The translations under genes and the position numbers were made by a program. The notes under the pieces were generated by a model. That model ran no database searches, was not told the origin of the DNA, and worked only from the letters and a program-made list of their open reading frames with translations. A stretch of 63,333 nucleotides of DNA, the filler included, from Octopus bimaculoides (Eukaryota), in the NCBI RefSeq assembly GCF_001194135.2. It is 11 parts of 10 records of this genome, joined end to end, with 100 filler letters (N's around TTAATTAATTAA, not from the genome) between each part and the next. Parts side by side here need not be neighbours in the genome. Positions count along the whole stretch, not along the records: positions 48,935 to 57,398 come from NC_068985.1; positions 57,499 to 60,956 come from NC_069008.1; positions 61,057 to 63,333 come from NW_026324574.1; 8 more parts are not named here. The stretch is one strand, 5' to 3'. Positions 50,127 to 63,333 of this stretch are shown here, piece after piece. Numbering within the stretch: the stretch's first letter is position 1; every line of letters begins with the position of its first letter.

Positions 50127-50903
50127 NNNNNNNNNNNNNNNNNNNNNNNNNNNNNNNNNNNNNNNNNNNNNNNNNNNNNNNNNNNNNNNNNNNNNNNNNN
50201 NNNNNNNNNNNNNNNNNNNNNNNNNNNNNNNNNNNNNNNNNNNNNNNNNNNNNNNNNNNNNNNNNNNNNNNNNNNNNNNNNNNNNNNNNNNNNNNNNNNN
50301 NNNNNNNNNNNNNNNNNNNNNNNNNNNNNNNNNNNNNNNNNNNNNNNNNNNNNNNNNNNNNNNNNNNNNNNNNNNNNNNNNNNNNNNNNNNNNNNNNNNN
50401 NNNNNNNNNNNNNNNNNNNNNNNNNNNNNNNNNNNNNNNNNNNNNNNNNNNNNNNNNNNNNNNNNNNNNNNNNNNNNNNNNNNNNNNNNNNNNNNNNNNN
50501 NNNNNNNNNNNNNNNNNNNNNNNNNNNNNNNNNNNNNNNNNNNNNNNNNNNNNNNNNNNNNNNNNNNNNNNNNNNNNNNNNNNNNNNNNNNNNNNNNNNN
50601 NNNNNNNNNNNNNNNNNNNNNNNNNNNNNNNNNNNNNNNNNNNNNNNNNNNNNNNNNNNNNNNNNNNNNNNNNNNNNNNNNNNNNNNNNNNNNNNNNNNN
50701 NNNNNNNNNNNNNNNNNNNNNNNNNNNNNNNNNNNNNNNNNNNNNNNNNNNNNNNNNNNNNNNNNNNNNNNNNNNNNNNNNNNNNNNNNNNNNNNNNNNN
50801 NNNNNNNNNNNNNNNNNNNNNNNNNNNNNNNNNNNNNNNNNNNNNNNNNNNNNNNNNNNNNNNNNNNNNNNNNNNNNNNNNNNNNNNNNNNNNNNNNNNN
50901 NNN

Positions 50904-50940
<37 letters not shown>

Positions 50941-51984
50941 CATACATATGGCATTGGTATATAAGCAAGTTTATATATATACATATATATACATATATTT
51001 AGTCCAAATATATGTATACACTTGTATTTGTTCTTGTGTGTGTGTGTGCGCTTTCGCACGTGGGCGTAGTCTTGAAACACAGCATGTCGCTTTTATATGC
51101 ATTTCAAGATATATGTTTTTAACGAAGAGATTACGAAACTATTAGTGATTAGGGCGCCGTTGGGGGGAGCGCGTAGATTATTTTTCGAGTGATACTTATT
51201 GTGATTATTTCATAACAACTTCAAGTACTACAGAATTGTTGTATGTCAATTGTATAATGATTTTTAAGTCAATATGTCACTAGTCATAAAGTGTTACTAA
51301 TACATGTTGACGTTAATAAGAAGAGTGATTTTTTTCGTAGCAAAACATGTATCAATTTGTTGTGGTTTTTGTTTCTCGTCCAGACGACGTTGTTATCGGA
51401 TGTAAATGTGGTGATTTGCGATATGTTAGTGCATATGTATCACTGACGTTCCGCCTAGGTAGGTAAGGTAGGTAGTACCTACCTTGAATAAAATAGATCG
51501 ATAACAACATTTTCCTTTTACGGCAAAATATGCATCAAATTCAATTGAATTATGAAGGTTACTCTGATTACTATGCATAAAATGCAATATATATATAATT
51601 TTTCGTAGGTTAGGTAAGCAAATTCGCCCCTGCTTTTCACTCTGAGTATTTAAGCTACGTAGAGAACTGCTGTTGCACACGTGCTGCATACACTCCTACA
51701 ACACCATTTTCTTTACGTACTATAAAGGCAGTAGTAAATCTGCCTTCAACTCAGTCGTGCGCTTATGTCTCGCTTATTTTATTGTATGTTTTACTACATA
51801 AAGGTCACCAACAGCCTACCCTGAGTAATTACTAACGACACGTGCCTGATATGTATGGTATGGTTTTTTTCTTATGTGTCTGGAACAGAAATAATGCAGA
51901 AATCATTGTATATTTCTCACTATATCTCAAGAGGTTTTTGCAATATGTATACATGCAATCTTTCACTTGTTTCAGGCTTTGTAT

Positions 51985-52532
51985 TGACGAACATTTTGGG
52001 AGACCTGCAAACAACGGATCTGAGAAAAACATCACAGATGTGCGTGCTGCTGTGAGGGGAAATCATCGAATTATCCGTGACTTATCAGAGGATGTGCAGA
52101 TTAGTTACGATTGAGTTCAGTCCATTATCACTGAAGATTTGGGTTTGAGACGCGTGTCTGCCAAGTTTGTGACAAAATCGCTTTTACCTGACCAAAAAGA
52201 CACTCGGGTTTCACCTGCGCAAAATCTCCTTGATTGTGTCGAGAACGCCGAGAACTTCTTGAAAACTTTGCGTAGGCCTCTGAGCAGGTATCACCAAGTT
52301 TGGTGAAGATTCTCTGCTCAGCTTTCTCCATCAAGGTCAATGCGACGAACACACGCTACACACCTTCCTTCCAAGCATTCTTATAAACAGCGGAAGTGAG
52401 CTAGACCGTTGAAACTTAGTGCACATGGACAGCAGAGTTCAAAGTCAATCTGTACTAAGCGACTTCTCGCAGCGTGCTTTAGCTGTGATTACTATAGGAA
52501 CAGACCGAGTACTTATTGATCAGACCACGTAT
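51985..52532 (+). mobile_element. mariner deletion derivative (transposase fragment + right TIR)
   Basis: GRP...IRDLSEDVQISYD*VQSIITEDLGLRRVSAKFVTK...DQK..RV..AQNLLD...FLK, ending in CTTATTGATCAGACCACGTA-TA, a mariner-type TIR. Confidence 0.85.
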
Positions 52533-52720
52533 ATATTCGTACGATATATTCTGTTAAGAATGTAGTAGACTGCAGAATAAAATCGTCCACCTTCAGATTT
52601 CACTCTGTGCTATCCAGTAGTAGTATTATACGTTCTTCTAGGTTTGCATTTGTGTATCAGTCGAGCGTGAGTAGATAATCGAAAAAATTGGAGTCAACAA
52701 AAAGGGATACGGTCGGACAC

Positions 52721-52978
52721 TTATTTCTTAATCACTACAGTTGTTTCGACGCAAAGTGGTTCTCAAGATGTGCAGGTACTTGATTACTTGCAGGCCACGA
52801 CAGACAGATAGTATGTACTTGCAGCCGAGGATTTTAAACTAACGGAGATAATATTTACATATCACCTGAGGAAACACGACTAGATCTCATAATGCAGGGA
52901 AACAGTTGCATAATCAAGTACCTGCACGCATTGGAGAACTACGCTTGCGTGGAAACAATTGTAGTGATTAAAAAATAA
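52721..52978. mobile_element. MITE-like element with ~70-bp imperfect inverted repeats
   Basis: TTATTTCTTAATCACTACAGTTGTTTCGACGCAA...GTGCAGGTACTTGATTA versus rc TTATTTTTTAATCACTACAATTGTTTCCACGCAA...GTGCAGGTACTTGATTA. Confidence 0.8.
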
Positions 52979-53489
52979 ATGTTCAACCATACCCCTTCTT
53001 CTTGACTTCAATTTTTTCAATTATATATATATATATATATGGATACATGCATGTATATATGCACACGCGTGCGCACACGCAGACACACAAACACAAACAC
53101 ATACATATAAGGTTATATTTGAGTACGGGTGTATGAGAGTACGTGCCATTTAAATAATTATATGTGATATGAATTCTCCGCAAATTGAGGTGAAACAAGT
53201 TATAATATATAAATCTATAACAAAGAAGCGCGCGTTCACATGCATGCGCACAAATACGCACACGCGCGAACACACACACACACACGTCGCACGCACACAC
53301 GTCGCACGCACGCATGCACACAGCTGATGGAACATTTTATAGGTATTCGCGTAATGAATGCCAAGTATTGTTTTCATAAATAGAAAAAAAATAATGCAAA
53401 ATGATAAAAGAACTATAGAGGAATGGAATTGTCTCTTTAAGAACAAATTAGGCTTTATTTGGTGGCGAAGACATGCGAATTCAATTACG

Positions 53490-53526
<37 letters not shown>

Positions 53527-53533
53527 TTATCTA

Positions 53534-53575
<42 letters not shown>

Positions 53576-53611
53576 CATCTACCCAACTATGTACCGATCA
53601 AATTAACCAAG

Positions 53612-53651
<40 letters not shown>

Positions 53652-54269
53652 ATTTTATATGCATATTACACATTTATGTGTGCGTGTACACATATTATGC
53701 ATAGTATCTTGATATTTTATTTTTTGTAAAAAAAGATTAAGTTAATTTTCGTTATTTATAGATTACATACTGAATAGAAATTAAAAGAGCTATGATATTA
53801 AATATCTTATTTCCATTTATGGAAGAATGATTACCTTATCATTGAAAACCGTATGCATTCGCAATTAAGTTTGATAATAGAATTTGGGCAGTTCGGCTAA
53901 TTAAAAACGAAACTGAAAATTGAAGAAAATATGAATGAAATGCAATATACAGATAATGAAAATCGTAACTATCAATTACTTCTCCTCAGTGGGAAATATA
54001 ATTATATTAATACTATTGCAATAAATCTCCATATGGTGATACCGGTCACTGGCACAGTTGAGTATATCAAGACAGGAGTTTATTGGTAGCATATTTTCCG
54101 GCATACATGTCGAAATTTTTAGAGCAAAACTTACAGCCAAATGGTATACACAATTCCGTGTGAAAAGCAGCAGGAGTCAAGAAAGATAGTAACGGTGATT
54201 GAATGTTTACACTAAATGTTTACGCTTAATACATCGATTTGTATGTTGGAAGGCAGGATTTCAAGACAA

Positions 54270-54810
54270 TGTCAAATTAATAGCAGAACTTGAAGCAGTT
54301 CAGAATTACTACAGCAGGAAAGTTATATCAATGTAACAATCAAGTTACTGGGAGAGACTAAAAGAGCTACGACTCTACTCACTACAAAGACGTGAGTGAT
54401 ATGCTGTGATATAAGTATGGAAGATCCTGGAAGGGTTGGCACCAGGCTTTGGCATCGAGAGCTATACCAGCCTCCAAACTGGACGTCACTCCACGATTCC
54501 AAAGGTCCCACGATGACCATAATACAATAACTTTGGATTGAAGGGTTCTCGGATATATCCCTATCTGGCTGGAATATCCGATAGATCTGCATGGAGTAGG
54601 GTAGGATACCTTCAAGAACTAACTTGACCTCCAACTGTACAAGGTCTCAGATGAGCCTAAATCGCGACAAGAAACTCAAAAGAGGGCAGCAATATCGAAC
54701 TCCCTCCTTCAATCTTCAAAAAAGCCAATCATAAACAAATGAACATTGAAAAGTTGATAATACTGGCCCAATGATCAAGCATGGCCACAACCTTTGGGCT
54801 GAAAAGAATA
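54270..54810 (+). mobile_element. CR1/L2-group LINE 3' end (related to 49136-50126)
   Basis: ELEAVQ...SYWERLKELRLYSLQRRE*Y..I..WKILEGLAPGFGI...TGRH..IPK, followed by a 3' UTR and (CATA)n. Confidence 0.8.
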
Positions 54811-54966
54811 CATACATACATATATGTATATATGTATAAGAGCAGGGTTCATTAGCCACCAACGGAGCCTTAAATGCAAAATGTAAGTTAGTACTAGAGC
54901 GCAGAATGTTCCTGAAGGTCGGCAATGGTCTTCCTCGATCACGAGTGGACGGCCATCATATATATA

Positions 54967-55030
<64 letters not shown>

Positions 55031-55389
55031 GCAGTGTCTTTGGAATGGTCTCTGTTCTATGAACTGAATCAAAGTCTCATCGGCACGAACTTTATCCTTT
55101 ACATTTTCAGAGTTGATAAATTGATATGTGCCATGATGACGACTTGTTTCATCGTCTCTACGGGACTGGCCCGAACGGCGTACCTTCGCCGACCGACCCT
55201 ACTAATTGTGTCAGTCCACTATTTATTAGTAGCCGACCAGCCCATTTCTCGCCTGGTGGCGTCCGCCACAACATAAATATAATGCAGGTCAAGAAGTGGG
55301 ATCGATATTTCGCTCTTTTCTCTATCGGGAAATTTGCTAGAGTCGACAAGAGTAGCTGCGTCGGCGCAGGAATAGGTCTTGGGTGCAAG

Positions 55390-55792
55390 AGAGGTTGTGT
55401 GGTAAGACGCTTGCTTCCCAGCCACATGGTTCCGGGTTCAGTTCCAATGCGCGGTACCTTGGCTAAGTGTCTTCTACTATAGCCTCGGGCTGACCAAAGC
55501 CTTCCGAGTGAATTTGGTAGACGGAAACTGAAAGAAACCTGTCACATACATACACACACACGTGTGTGTGTGTGTGTGTGTGCTTGTGAGTTTGCTTCTT
55601 TGCATCTTTGTTTGTCCTCCGCTCCAGCTTGATAACCAGTGTTTGTGTACTTACGTTCCCGTAACTTAAGTTTTCGGCAAAAGAGATCAATGAAATACGC
55701 TTTATAAAGTACTGGGGTCGATTCATTTGACTAAAATTCCTCACGACGGTGCCCTAGCATGGCCGCAGTTTAATGACTGAAACAAATAAAAG
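55390..55792 (+). mobile_element. SINE family A, full-length
   Basis: Same head, internal (GT)n and tail as 2799-3131. Confidence 0.85.
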
Positions 55793-56257
55793 CTAAGTCT
55801 CGTATCATGTACACCAAAGAATGGTAACTGGAAGCCACTGTTGAATTCTCCAACGAAATTTCCTTGACAGACTGGTCGTTCGTCGCCATGATAGTTCGAA
55901 ACAGAAAAAGTACATAATTTTATGAATAACGTAACATATCATAAATACTTCAGAACAGACACAGCAGCTTGTCGTTGTCTTAAACTCCGTCATCAGGAAA
56001 GAAAAAGAAGATAAATCATTCATAATTCTGTTTTCATCAGCATCACACCTATAACTTGTTGACTTGAAATCGTATTTGATATCCTTCAACAAGAAATAAT
56101 AGAAAAAAAAAATGAAAACAAAAATACATTTGTAATTCATGTAATATGAAATGTAGAACTCAAACAAATGTCTGGTAGATAATGTAAACACAATTTGCGT
56201 ATGCGAGCGTATGCATATGTTTATACGATATCATGTAATGTAATGATATAATATAGA

Positions 56258-56329
<72 letters not shown>

Positions 56330-56542
56330 CTATGGACAGACGGTAGACGTGTCGGCTCCGTAAGTTTTGCCTCTTTCATGTTTTAAAAATTTTGTTTGTA
56401 AAGTCTATTTTATATAGAAAGTTGTATAACAACTTGTAGACTCTCTAGTGCAAGTTTTTTTGCGACGGAAATCTGCCCTGTGTGGCACATTTCCAGGATA
56501 TAAAAATCAATTTCGGCTTTCTAGCCATTTCTTTTTGAGACG

Positions 56543-57398
56543 ATGGCGTCTTGTAGCCATGAAAATTTTCGTGAAACGAACGCTGCATTTTGCAGTGTTT
56601 CGTTCGAAAAAGAATTTCCTAGTCTTCCCTCCTCACAGTTAAACGAGAGAATGGAGAAAAAGAAAAACTCTGCTGCTACAGCAGTCTTGCCTGCCACCGT
56701 CACCAGTGAAAACAACAACAACAACAAGAGCAGCAACAACACGGACACAAATGTCCTTGCTAACAAAACCACTGTCCTCACCACTGATACCACCACTATC
56801 GCCACCACCACCACAACAAACATGAACTTTGCCGAGGCTTTGAAGCCTAGGAAAAGAATTTTGACGATATCGAAAGAGAAATTACTTGCATGCAAAAGCA
56901 TGCTAAGTAAAAAGAACGTTACAGTCCATCTTCAAACGCCCACGGACTTTAAAATAAACATAGATAAAAAACTATCATCTACAGAACCATTAATTTAAAG
57001 ACAAAGACACTGGAAAAATTCACTCAAGAATAGGTTGAGAGGTGTTTAAAGCCGATTTGGTCTTACAAAACTTACATAACGAGAGGATTGAAATTCGGAA
57101 CAATAGAGGTAAGACTAGACAGCGAGCAGCGAGCCAAGGACCTCTCCACTAAGTCATTACAACATGAGAACCTGCTCATGATCCCTACGTACCTTGGTCG
57201 TAGGGTTACGAAAATAAAGATTTCGAATGTGCCTCCTGAAATTGAGGAAGAATGGCTCGTATCTGCCATATGTCTAGGCATAGAGGAGGAGATAAACATA
57301 TTAGAAGCATCTGCCGTATACAATGAAAACTGGATTGGCCAGGAATTTCAACTCCTGGTACAAATTGATCCAGCAAACTGGGAAAAAATTCCACATAG
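56543..57398 (+). mobile_element. second L1/Tx1-type ORF1 copy (decayed)
   Basis: NFAEALK...[frameshift at A6, 56966-56971] KTIIYRTINLKTKTLEKFTQE*VERCLKPIWSYKTYITRGLKFGTIEV...IPTYLGRRVTKIKISNVPPEIEEEWLV aligns by eye to the 8699 copy (RTIIYRT...LKPVW...RGMKYGTVEV...LPTYLGRHASRVRVGIPPEIDVAWIV). It ends at a gap. Confidence 0.75.
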
Positions 57399-58448
57399 NN
57401 NNNNNNNNNNNNNNNNNNNNNNNNNNNNNNNNNNNNNNNNNNTTAATTAATTAANNNNNNNNNNNNNNNNNNNNNNNNNNNNNNNNNNNNNNNNNNNNAT
57501 ATAAATGTCACATACAGTTTGTAAAGTAGAATATTTGTATTTAATTCAGTGAGTAAAGTGGCAAACTATTTTTCATTGTTATAATAACAAGATGAAGAAA
57601 TTAAGATAAAGAAATCATTTACTAAATTAATTTATTTACGTACATTTAATATTTACAGTATATTTTTGCAAGAAAAGTCAAAAGATAACTGTCATTGTGA
57701 GTTTACGACTGCAAAATTGTATTATCTAATTCTTTCGTAACTAAGCTACATGAGTTTTAAACACCAATTCAAAATAGCCTTGTTGAATTAGACAAAAGAC
57801 TTGGCATCGTAATAACCAAATCTCAGGCAAGTGAGTGCCATGGAATCAAGTATAAGACCAGTGACCACTGATTTATTTCCCCCAAATCAGGGTTTTTATA
57901 ACTGCTCATACCTGAATTCTAAGAAACTGTATTTCGTGAAAGATATTTCTTTGACGAAAGTTGGAATTCAAACATGGGCAGTAATTTTAACCAATGGGAA
58001 ACTGTTAATTACACCTATTCGGCCAACATGACCATGACGTCATATCAGCACCAATAAAGGTTTATTAAGACTGGCTACACCTTCAAAATTCATTCCAGTT
58101 ATATTTCAGAATATCATTTTGATGGCTTCAAATGTTAGCACAAGGCCAGCAATTTCCAGGAACAGGGTTAGTTGATTGCATTGACACCTGTGTAAAGAAT
58201 TGTAAAATTCCCACTGTTGAATGTCTGCTGTTTAATTAATTATCTCATAAAACTTATATTGTTTTTCTGTCATTTCAGAATGTCTGATGGTATTGGCAGC
58301 AAAAGCATTTTAACTTGAGATGATGGTTTAAAGATTAAAGGAACATGTTATACGAAGCAGATGTAATTATATTCATATAAACCTGTGATGGAATTGCCAT
58401 GAAATATTTCCAGAAGACGAGGATATTTATTTGAAATACAATATAAAA

Positions 58449-59413
<965 letters not shown>

Positions 59414-61056
59414 AATACATGTGAAAGAAAGCAGTGGTAATGGAAGATTTAAGTAGACATGGGCAGAAGTGATGAAGAATGACGTCTGGATGTTGAATCA
59501 CCTAGAGACATTGCTTAGCAACGTGTAAACTAAAAGGAAATCTTTGAGAAATGATGACAATGTGACAGAACTGTAAAAAATAAAATTCTGAGATTTAATT
59601 AAAAAGTAACAATAAAGTATTTCAGGATGATTATTATTATTATTTTCCAAATAAACATGCACTTTATATTCTTTCTTCACACGTTTATAACTGTTCTTGT
59701 TTTAACTCCTGTCCATTGTCCATCTGTGACCTCTTCAATGACACTTTCTGTCCTCATGTATGCTCCAGCTCGGTTTAGTCCATTCTGTTTTTTTATAATT
59801 ATTAAATGAAAATAGGAAACTGTGATGAAGCTGTGTGTTTAGAAAGTAGGAAATTTCTTAGGATGGTATAAAAGTAATAGTTCTTCCATTCTTCTTTGTC
59901 CATCCATACACATTTTTCTCCCACATCTGGATTCTCTCTGACGTGCTGTGAAGCCGTCCAGAACACTCCAAGTCTCTGATGTTCAGAGTGTTAGACATTG
60001 GCAAACCCCTTCCTTTCTGCTTATGCCCTAAATAGATAAACCTGNNNNNNNNNNNNNNNNNNNNNNNNNNNNNNNNNNNNNNNNNNNNNNNNNNAAACCT
60101 GATCCTTAATTATCTGATATGCTTCTTTGCCACCCCAACTTTTTCACTCTTTTGAAAGCCATCTCTACTTTTTTGTGACTCTGTTGATCTCTCGGTTCTT
60201 CCACCTCGTCACTCTTGGTCTGACAAGCTTTGCTCCAACCAAATATTTGGTCTGTCTCCCTCAATGGATTATCCCCATAAGAACTTCCAGTTGTCTCTGT
60301 CTCTTCCTCATCAAAGCCTTCATTAAGCATATCTCGAAAGCTTAGTCCATTTGAAGGATCCTTGAGCTTCCATAACCTCCTTTTCCACACTGGTTTGTGT
60401 CCCTGGATCCTTCTAGCCTTGGGGAAATAACATTTTGATATCTGTAATAAAAAACATATCATTTCAGAATTTATATCCTACGACCATTCAGTTATACTTC
60501 CCTGTATGTGAGCCCTGTCCCCACTTCCTTGTTCTCTCTCTCTCTGGCACATCAAGATCCCCACCCCCATTTCTCATCCCCTAACACTTATCACACCCCT
60601 ATCAATAGAATGGCGCAGCTGCTCTAACCACCCGAGAGCAGAACCAACACATTATGGTCACGTATCCTTCTAAAGCATATCAATTTCACATTTTCATTTT
60701 TGTCTACACTATTTCTACTAATTCTTTAAGAATTAAAAAAAAAAATTCTTAAAGAAACACTCAGCTCCCCTTCCCCAACGTCCACCCATCACCTCCGAAT
60801 GTCTCACTTTTAGCTATTTTAAAATCGAGGAAGTTTTTCCCGAAATAATGTCGTTTAGCTGTTGTTTCTAGCATGTTTGGTTGTTCTGGTGGTGGTCTGA
60901 TATTTTTGACGTCTGCTGTTTCAGTAGAATTCTACGCATGCGTCAAACATCAGATGNNNNNNNNNNNNNNNNNNNNNNNNNNNNNNNNNNNNNNNNNNNN
61001 TTAATTAATTAANNNNNNNNNNNNNNNNNNNNNNNNNNNNNNNNNNNNNNNNNNNN

Positions 61057-61100
<44 letters not shown>

Positions 61101-61507
61101 GGAGGAGGTACGGTGAATAAAAGAAATTGATTGTTAAATAAAAAAATTAAGAGGAGAGATGTTGTATATTGAAACTGTACACCCCTCCTGGTAAAAAGTG
61201 GTGGTTGCCAACTATTATAAATAGACCAGTAGCCGTTTCACAGGAGTGGGTCGAGAGTGCGAGTAGACTACGTTGATAGTCGTGTCTGTGCTGATATAGT
61301 AATTATACTGTGGTACTAAGTGTACGTTATATGGATCCAGTCTTTTGAGTATAATAACACTGTACGACCGAAGGTCGTACAGTGCCAGATAGAACCATCC
61401 TATCGACGAATTCGGAATATAAAAATATCTATCAGAGCGAAAACTGTAGTCAAAGGACAGATACATCAGTGGCAAAAGACCGCTTATACAAAAAGTATTG
61501 AACTAAC

Positions 61508-61631
61508 CTTTAGATAAACTCCATTATACATGCAACCACATTGGGTTATTGGTACACATTCCTTTCCACTGAGAACATAGTTTCCTTTGCATACACATCC
61601 ATCAGTAAGATAAGCGGTCGGTGTGGGATTT
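61508..61631 (-). CDS. TIL-domain exon (3' part) of a VWD/FCGBP-zonadhesin-like secreted protein
   Basis: NPTPTAYLTDGCVCKGNYVLSGKECVPITQCGCMYNGVYLK|gttagt matches the TIL end GCxCxxGxVLSGxxCVPxxQCGCxYNG. The 5' part is in a gap. Confidence 0.85.
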
Positions 61632-62357
61632 NNNNNNNNNNNNNNNNNNNNNNNNNNNNNNNNNNNNNNNNNNNNNNNNNNNNNNNNNNNNNNNNNNNNN
61701 NNNNNNNNNNNNNNNNNNNNNNNNNNNNNNNNNNNNNNNNNNNNNNNNNNNNNNNNNNNNNNNNNNNNNNNNNNNNNNNNNNNNNNNNNNNNNNNNNNNN
61801 NNNNNNNNNNNNNNNNNNNNNNNNNNNNNNNNNNNNNNNNNNNNNNNNNNNNNNNNNNNNNNNNNNNNNNNNNNNNNNNNNNNNNNNNNNNNNNNNNNNN
61901 NNNNNNNNNNNNNNNNNNNNNNNNNNNNNNNNNNNNNNNNNNNNNNNNNNNNNNNNNNNNNNNNNNNNNNNNNNNNNNNNNNNNNNNNNNNNNNNNNNNN
62001 NNNNNNNNNNNNNNNNNNNNNNNNNNNNNNNNNNNNNNNNNNNNNNNNNNNNNNNNNNNNNNNNNNNNNNNNNNNNNNNNNNNNNNNNNNNNNNNNNNNN
62101 NNNNNNNNNNNNNNNNNNNNNNNNNNNNNNNNNNNNNNNNNNNNNNNNNNNNNNNNNNNNNNNNNNNNNNNNNNNNNNNNNNNNNNNNNNNNNNNNNNNN
62201 NNNNNNNNNNNNNNNNNNNNNNNNNNNNNNNNNNNNNNNNNNNNNNNNNNNNNNNNNNNNNNNNNNNNNNNNNNNNNNNNNNNNNNNNNNNNNNNNNNNN
62301 NNNNNNNNNNNNNNNNNNNNNNNNNNNNNNNNNNNNNNNNNNNNNNNNNNNACTCAC

Positions 62358-62632
62358 TGCATCCCAAAACTCCTCTCCAATTAACTAAGACACCTTTTTC
62401 TGCACATTCCTTGACAAAACTTTCGAAACTTTTGCAAGTAGCACTTGTTTTATCCGTAGTTGTCGTACTGTAAGCGCAAACATCAATCTTGCAAAATTCC
62501 AAATATTGTCTGGCTGCTTCAATTCCTAATTTATTTATACATCCTCCAAAAATACCACTCAAGTCTGTCATAAGTTCACATTTACGAGTTATATTTGCAG
62601 AGCAATTGGTAGTGATATCAGTGACATTGCAT
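62358..62632 (-). CDS. C8-domain exon of the same VWD/C8/TIL protein
   Basis: Acceptor ttttgactttag|, donor TGCA|gtgagt. Translation CNVTDITTNCSANITRKCELMTDLSGIFGGCINKLGIEAARQYLEFCKIDVCAY...CKSFESFVKECAEKGVLVNWRGVLGC has C8 cysteine spacing and the WR..C end. Confidence 0.88.
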
Positions 62633-63333
62633 CTAAAGTCAAAATAATAGTGAGGAAAATTCTTTAATACACAAAATTCATAACCTTTTCATTAATGAGG
62701 TGCCTATCGTGTTAACATAACAATCTAATGAAGAGATTGAAATGATAGGTAAAAGCATTAATTGCAGAAGAGAAGAGTAATGGTGACTCATGACAAAAGT
62801 TGTGTGTTCTCTGACTTCGCTCACAAGGTGCATTCTTCTACATCATGACATGATTATTTAAAGCGATAATAAGGTTTGCTTACAACGAATTACTGGTTTA
62901 ATACCTAATATTTGTTGTGAATAATAATATTCGTAAAACAATAGGTTTATATATAAACCGTGATTTGAGAATAATTTTTAATAGATAACTTATTTAACAC
63001 TAAATTATTTAGAAGTTATAATTNNNNNNNNNNNNNNNNNNNNNNNNNNNNNNNNNNNNNNNNNNNNNNNNNNNNNNNNNNNNNNNNNNNNNNNNNNNNN
63101 NNNNNNNNNNNNNNNNNNNNNNNNNNNNNNNNNNNNNNNNNNNNNNNNNNNNNNNNNNNNNNNNNNNNNNNNNNNNNNNNNNNNNNNNCCTAATTTTTTC
63201 ATTCATAATTTTTTCATTCATAATTTTTTCATTCATATATTTATTTATATTTGTACGTTTGTAGAAATAAATATTCTTGTATCTTTCTATTATTTAATTG
63301 ATTTTTAATGATAATTAAATAAACGTTTTTAGT

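Noticed and set aside
56960-56975. Programmed -1 frameshift in the ORF1 copy at the A6 run
   Set aside because: The heptamer is not in the X XXY YYZ register, and the paralogue is continuous here, so a simple indel explains it.

Overview
AT-rich, microsatellite-dense, heavily gapped eukaryotic DNA. The SINE families and the style of the C2H2 zinc-finger gene suggest an Octopus-like cephalopod genome (inference). Most of the window is intronic or intergenic and filled with transposon debris. This includes several tRNA-derived SINE families, mariner/Tc1 fragments, a full-length decayed hAT (Charlie/Buster) element with TIRs and TSD, CR1, RTE and R4/Dong-like LINE fragments, two Penelope-like fragments (RT and GIY-YIG), two L1/Tx1-type ORF1 copies, and MITE/foldback elements. 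Three host genes are supported: a + strand exon with a Rap1/TERF2IP-like Myb end plus an acidic tract (5436-5892), a + strand C2H2 zinc-finger array (58449-59413) with an in-frame TGA and a frameshift, and two - strand exons (C8 and TIL domains) of a VWD/FCGBP-zonadhesin-like gene (61508-62632). The most unusual element is a ~190-bp palindrome at 3629-3821 whose two arms each fold as a type I hammerhead ribozyme; one arm has an intact catalytic core. Most ORFs in the supplied track are artefacts of N gaps or microsatellites.
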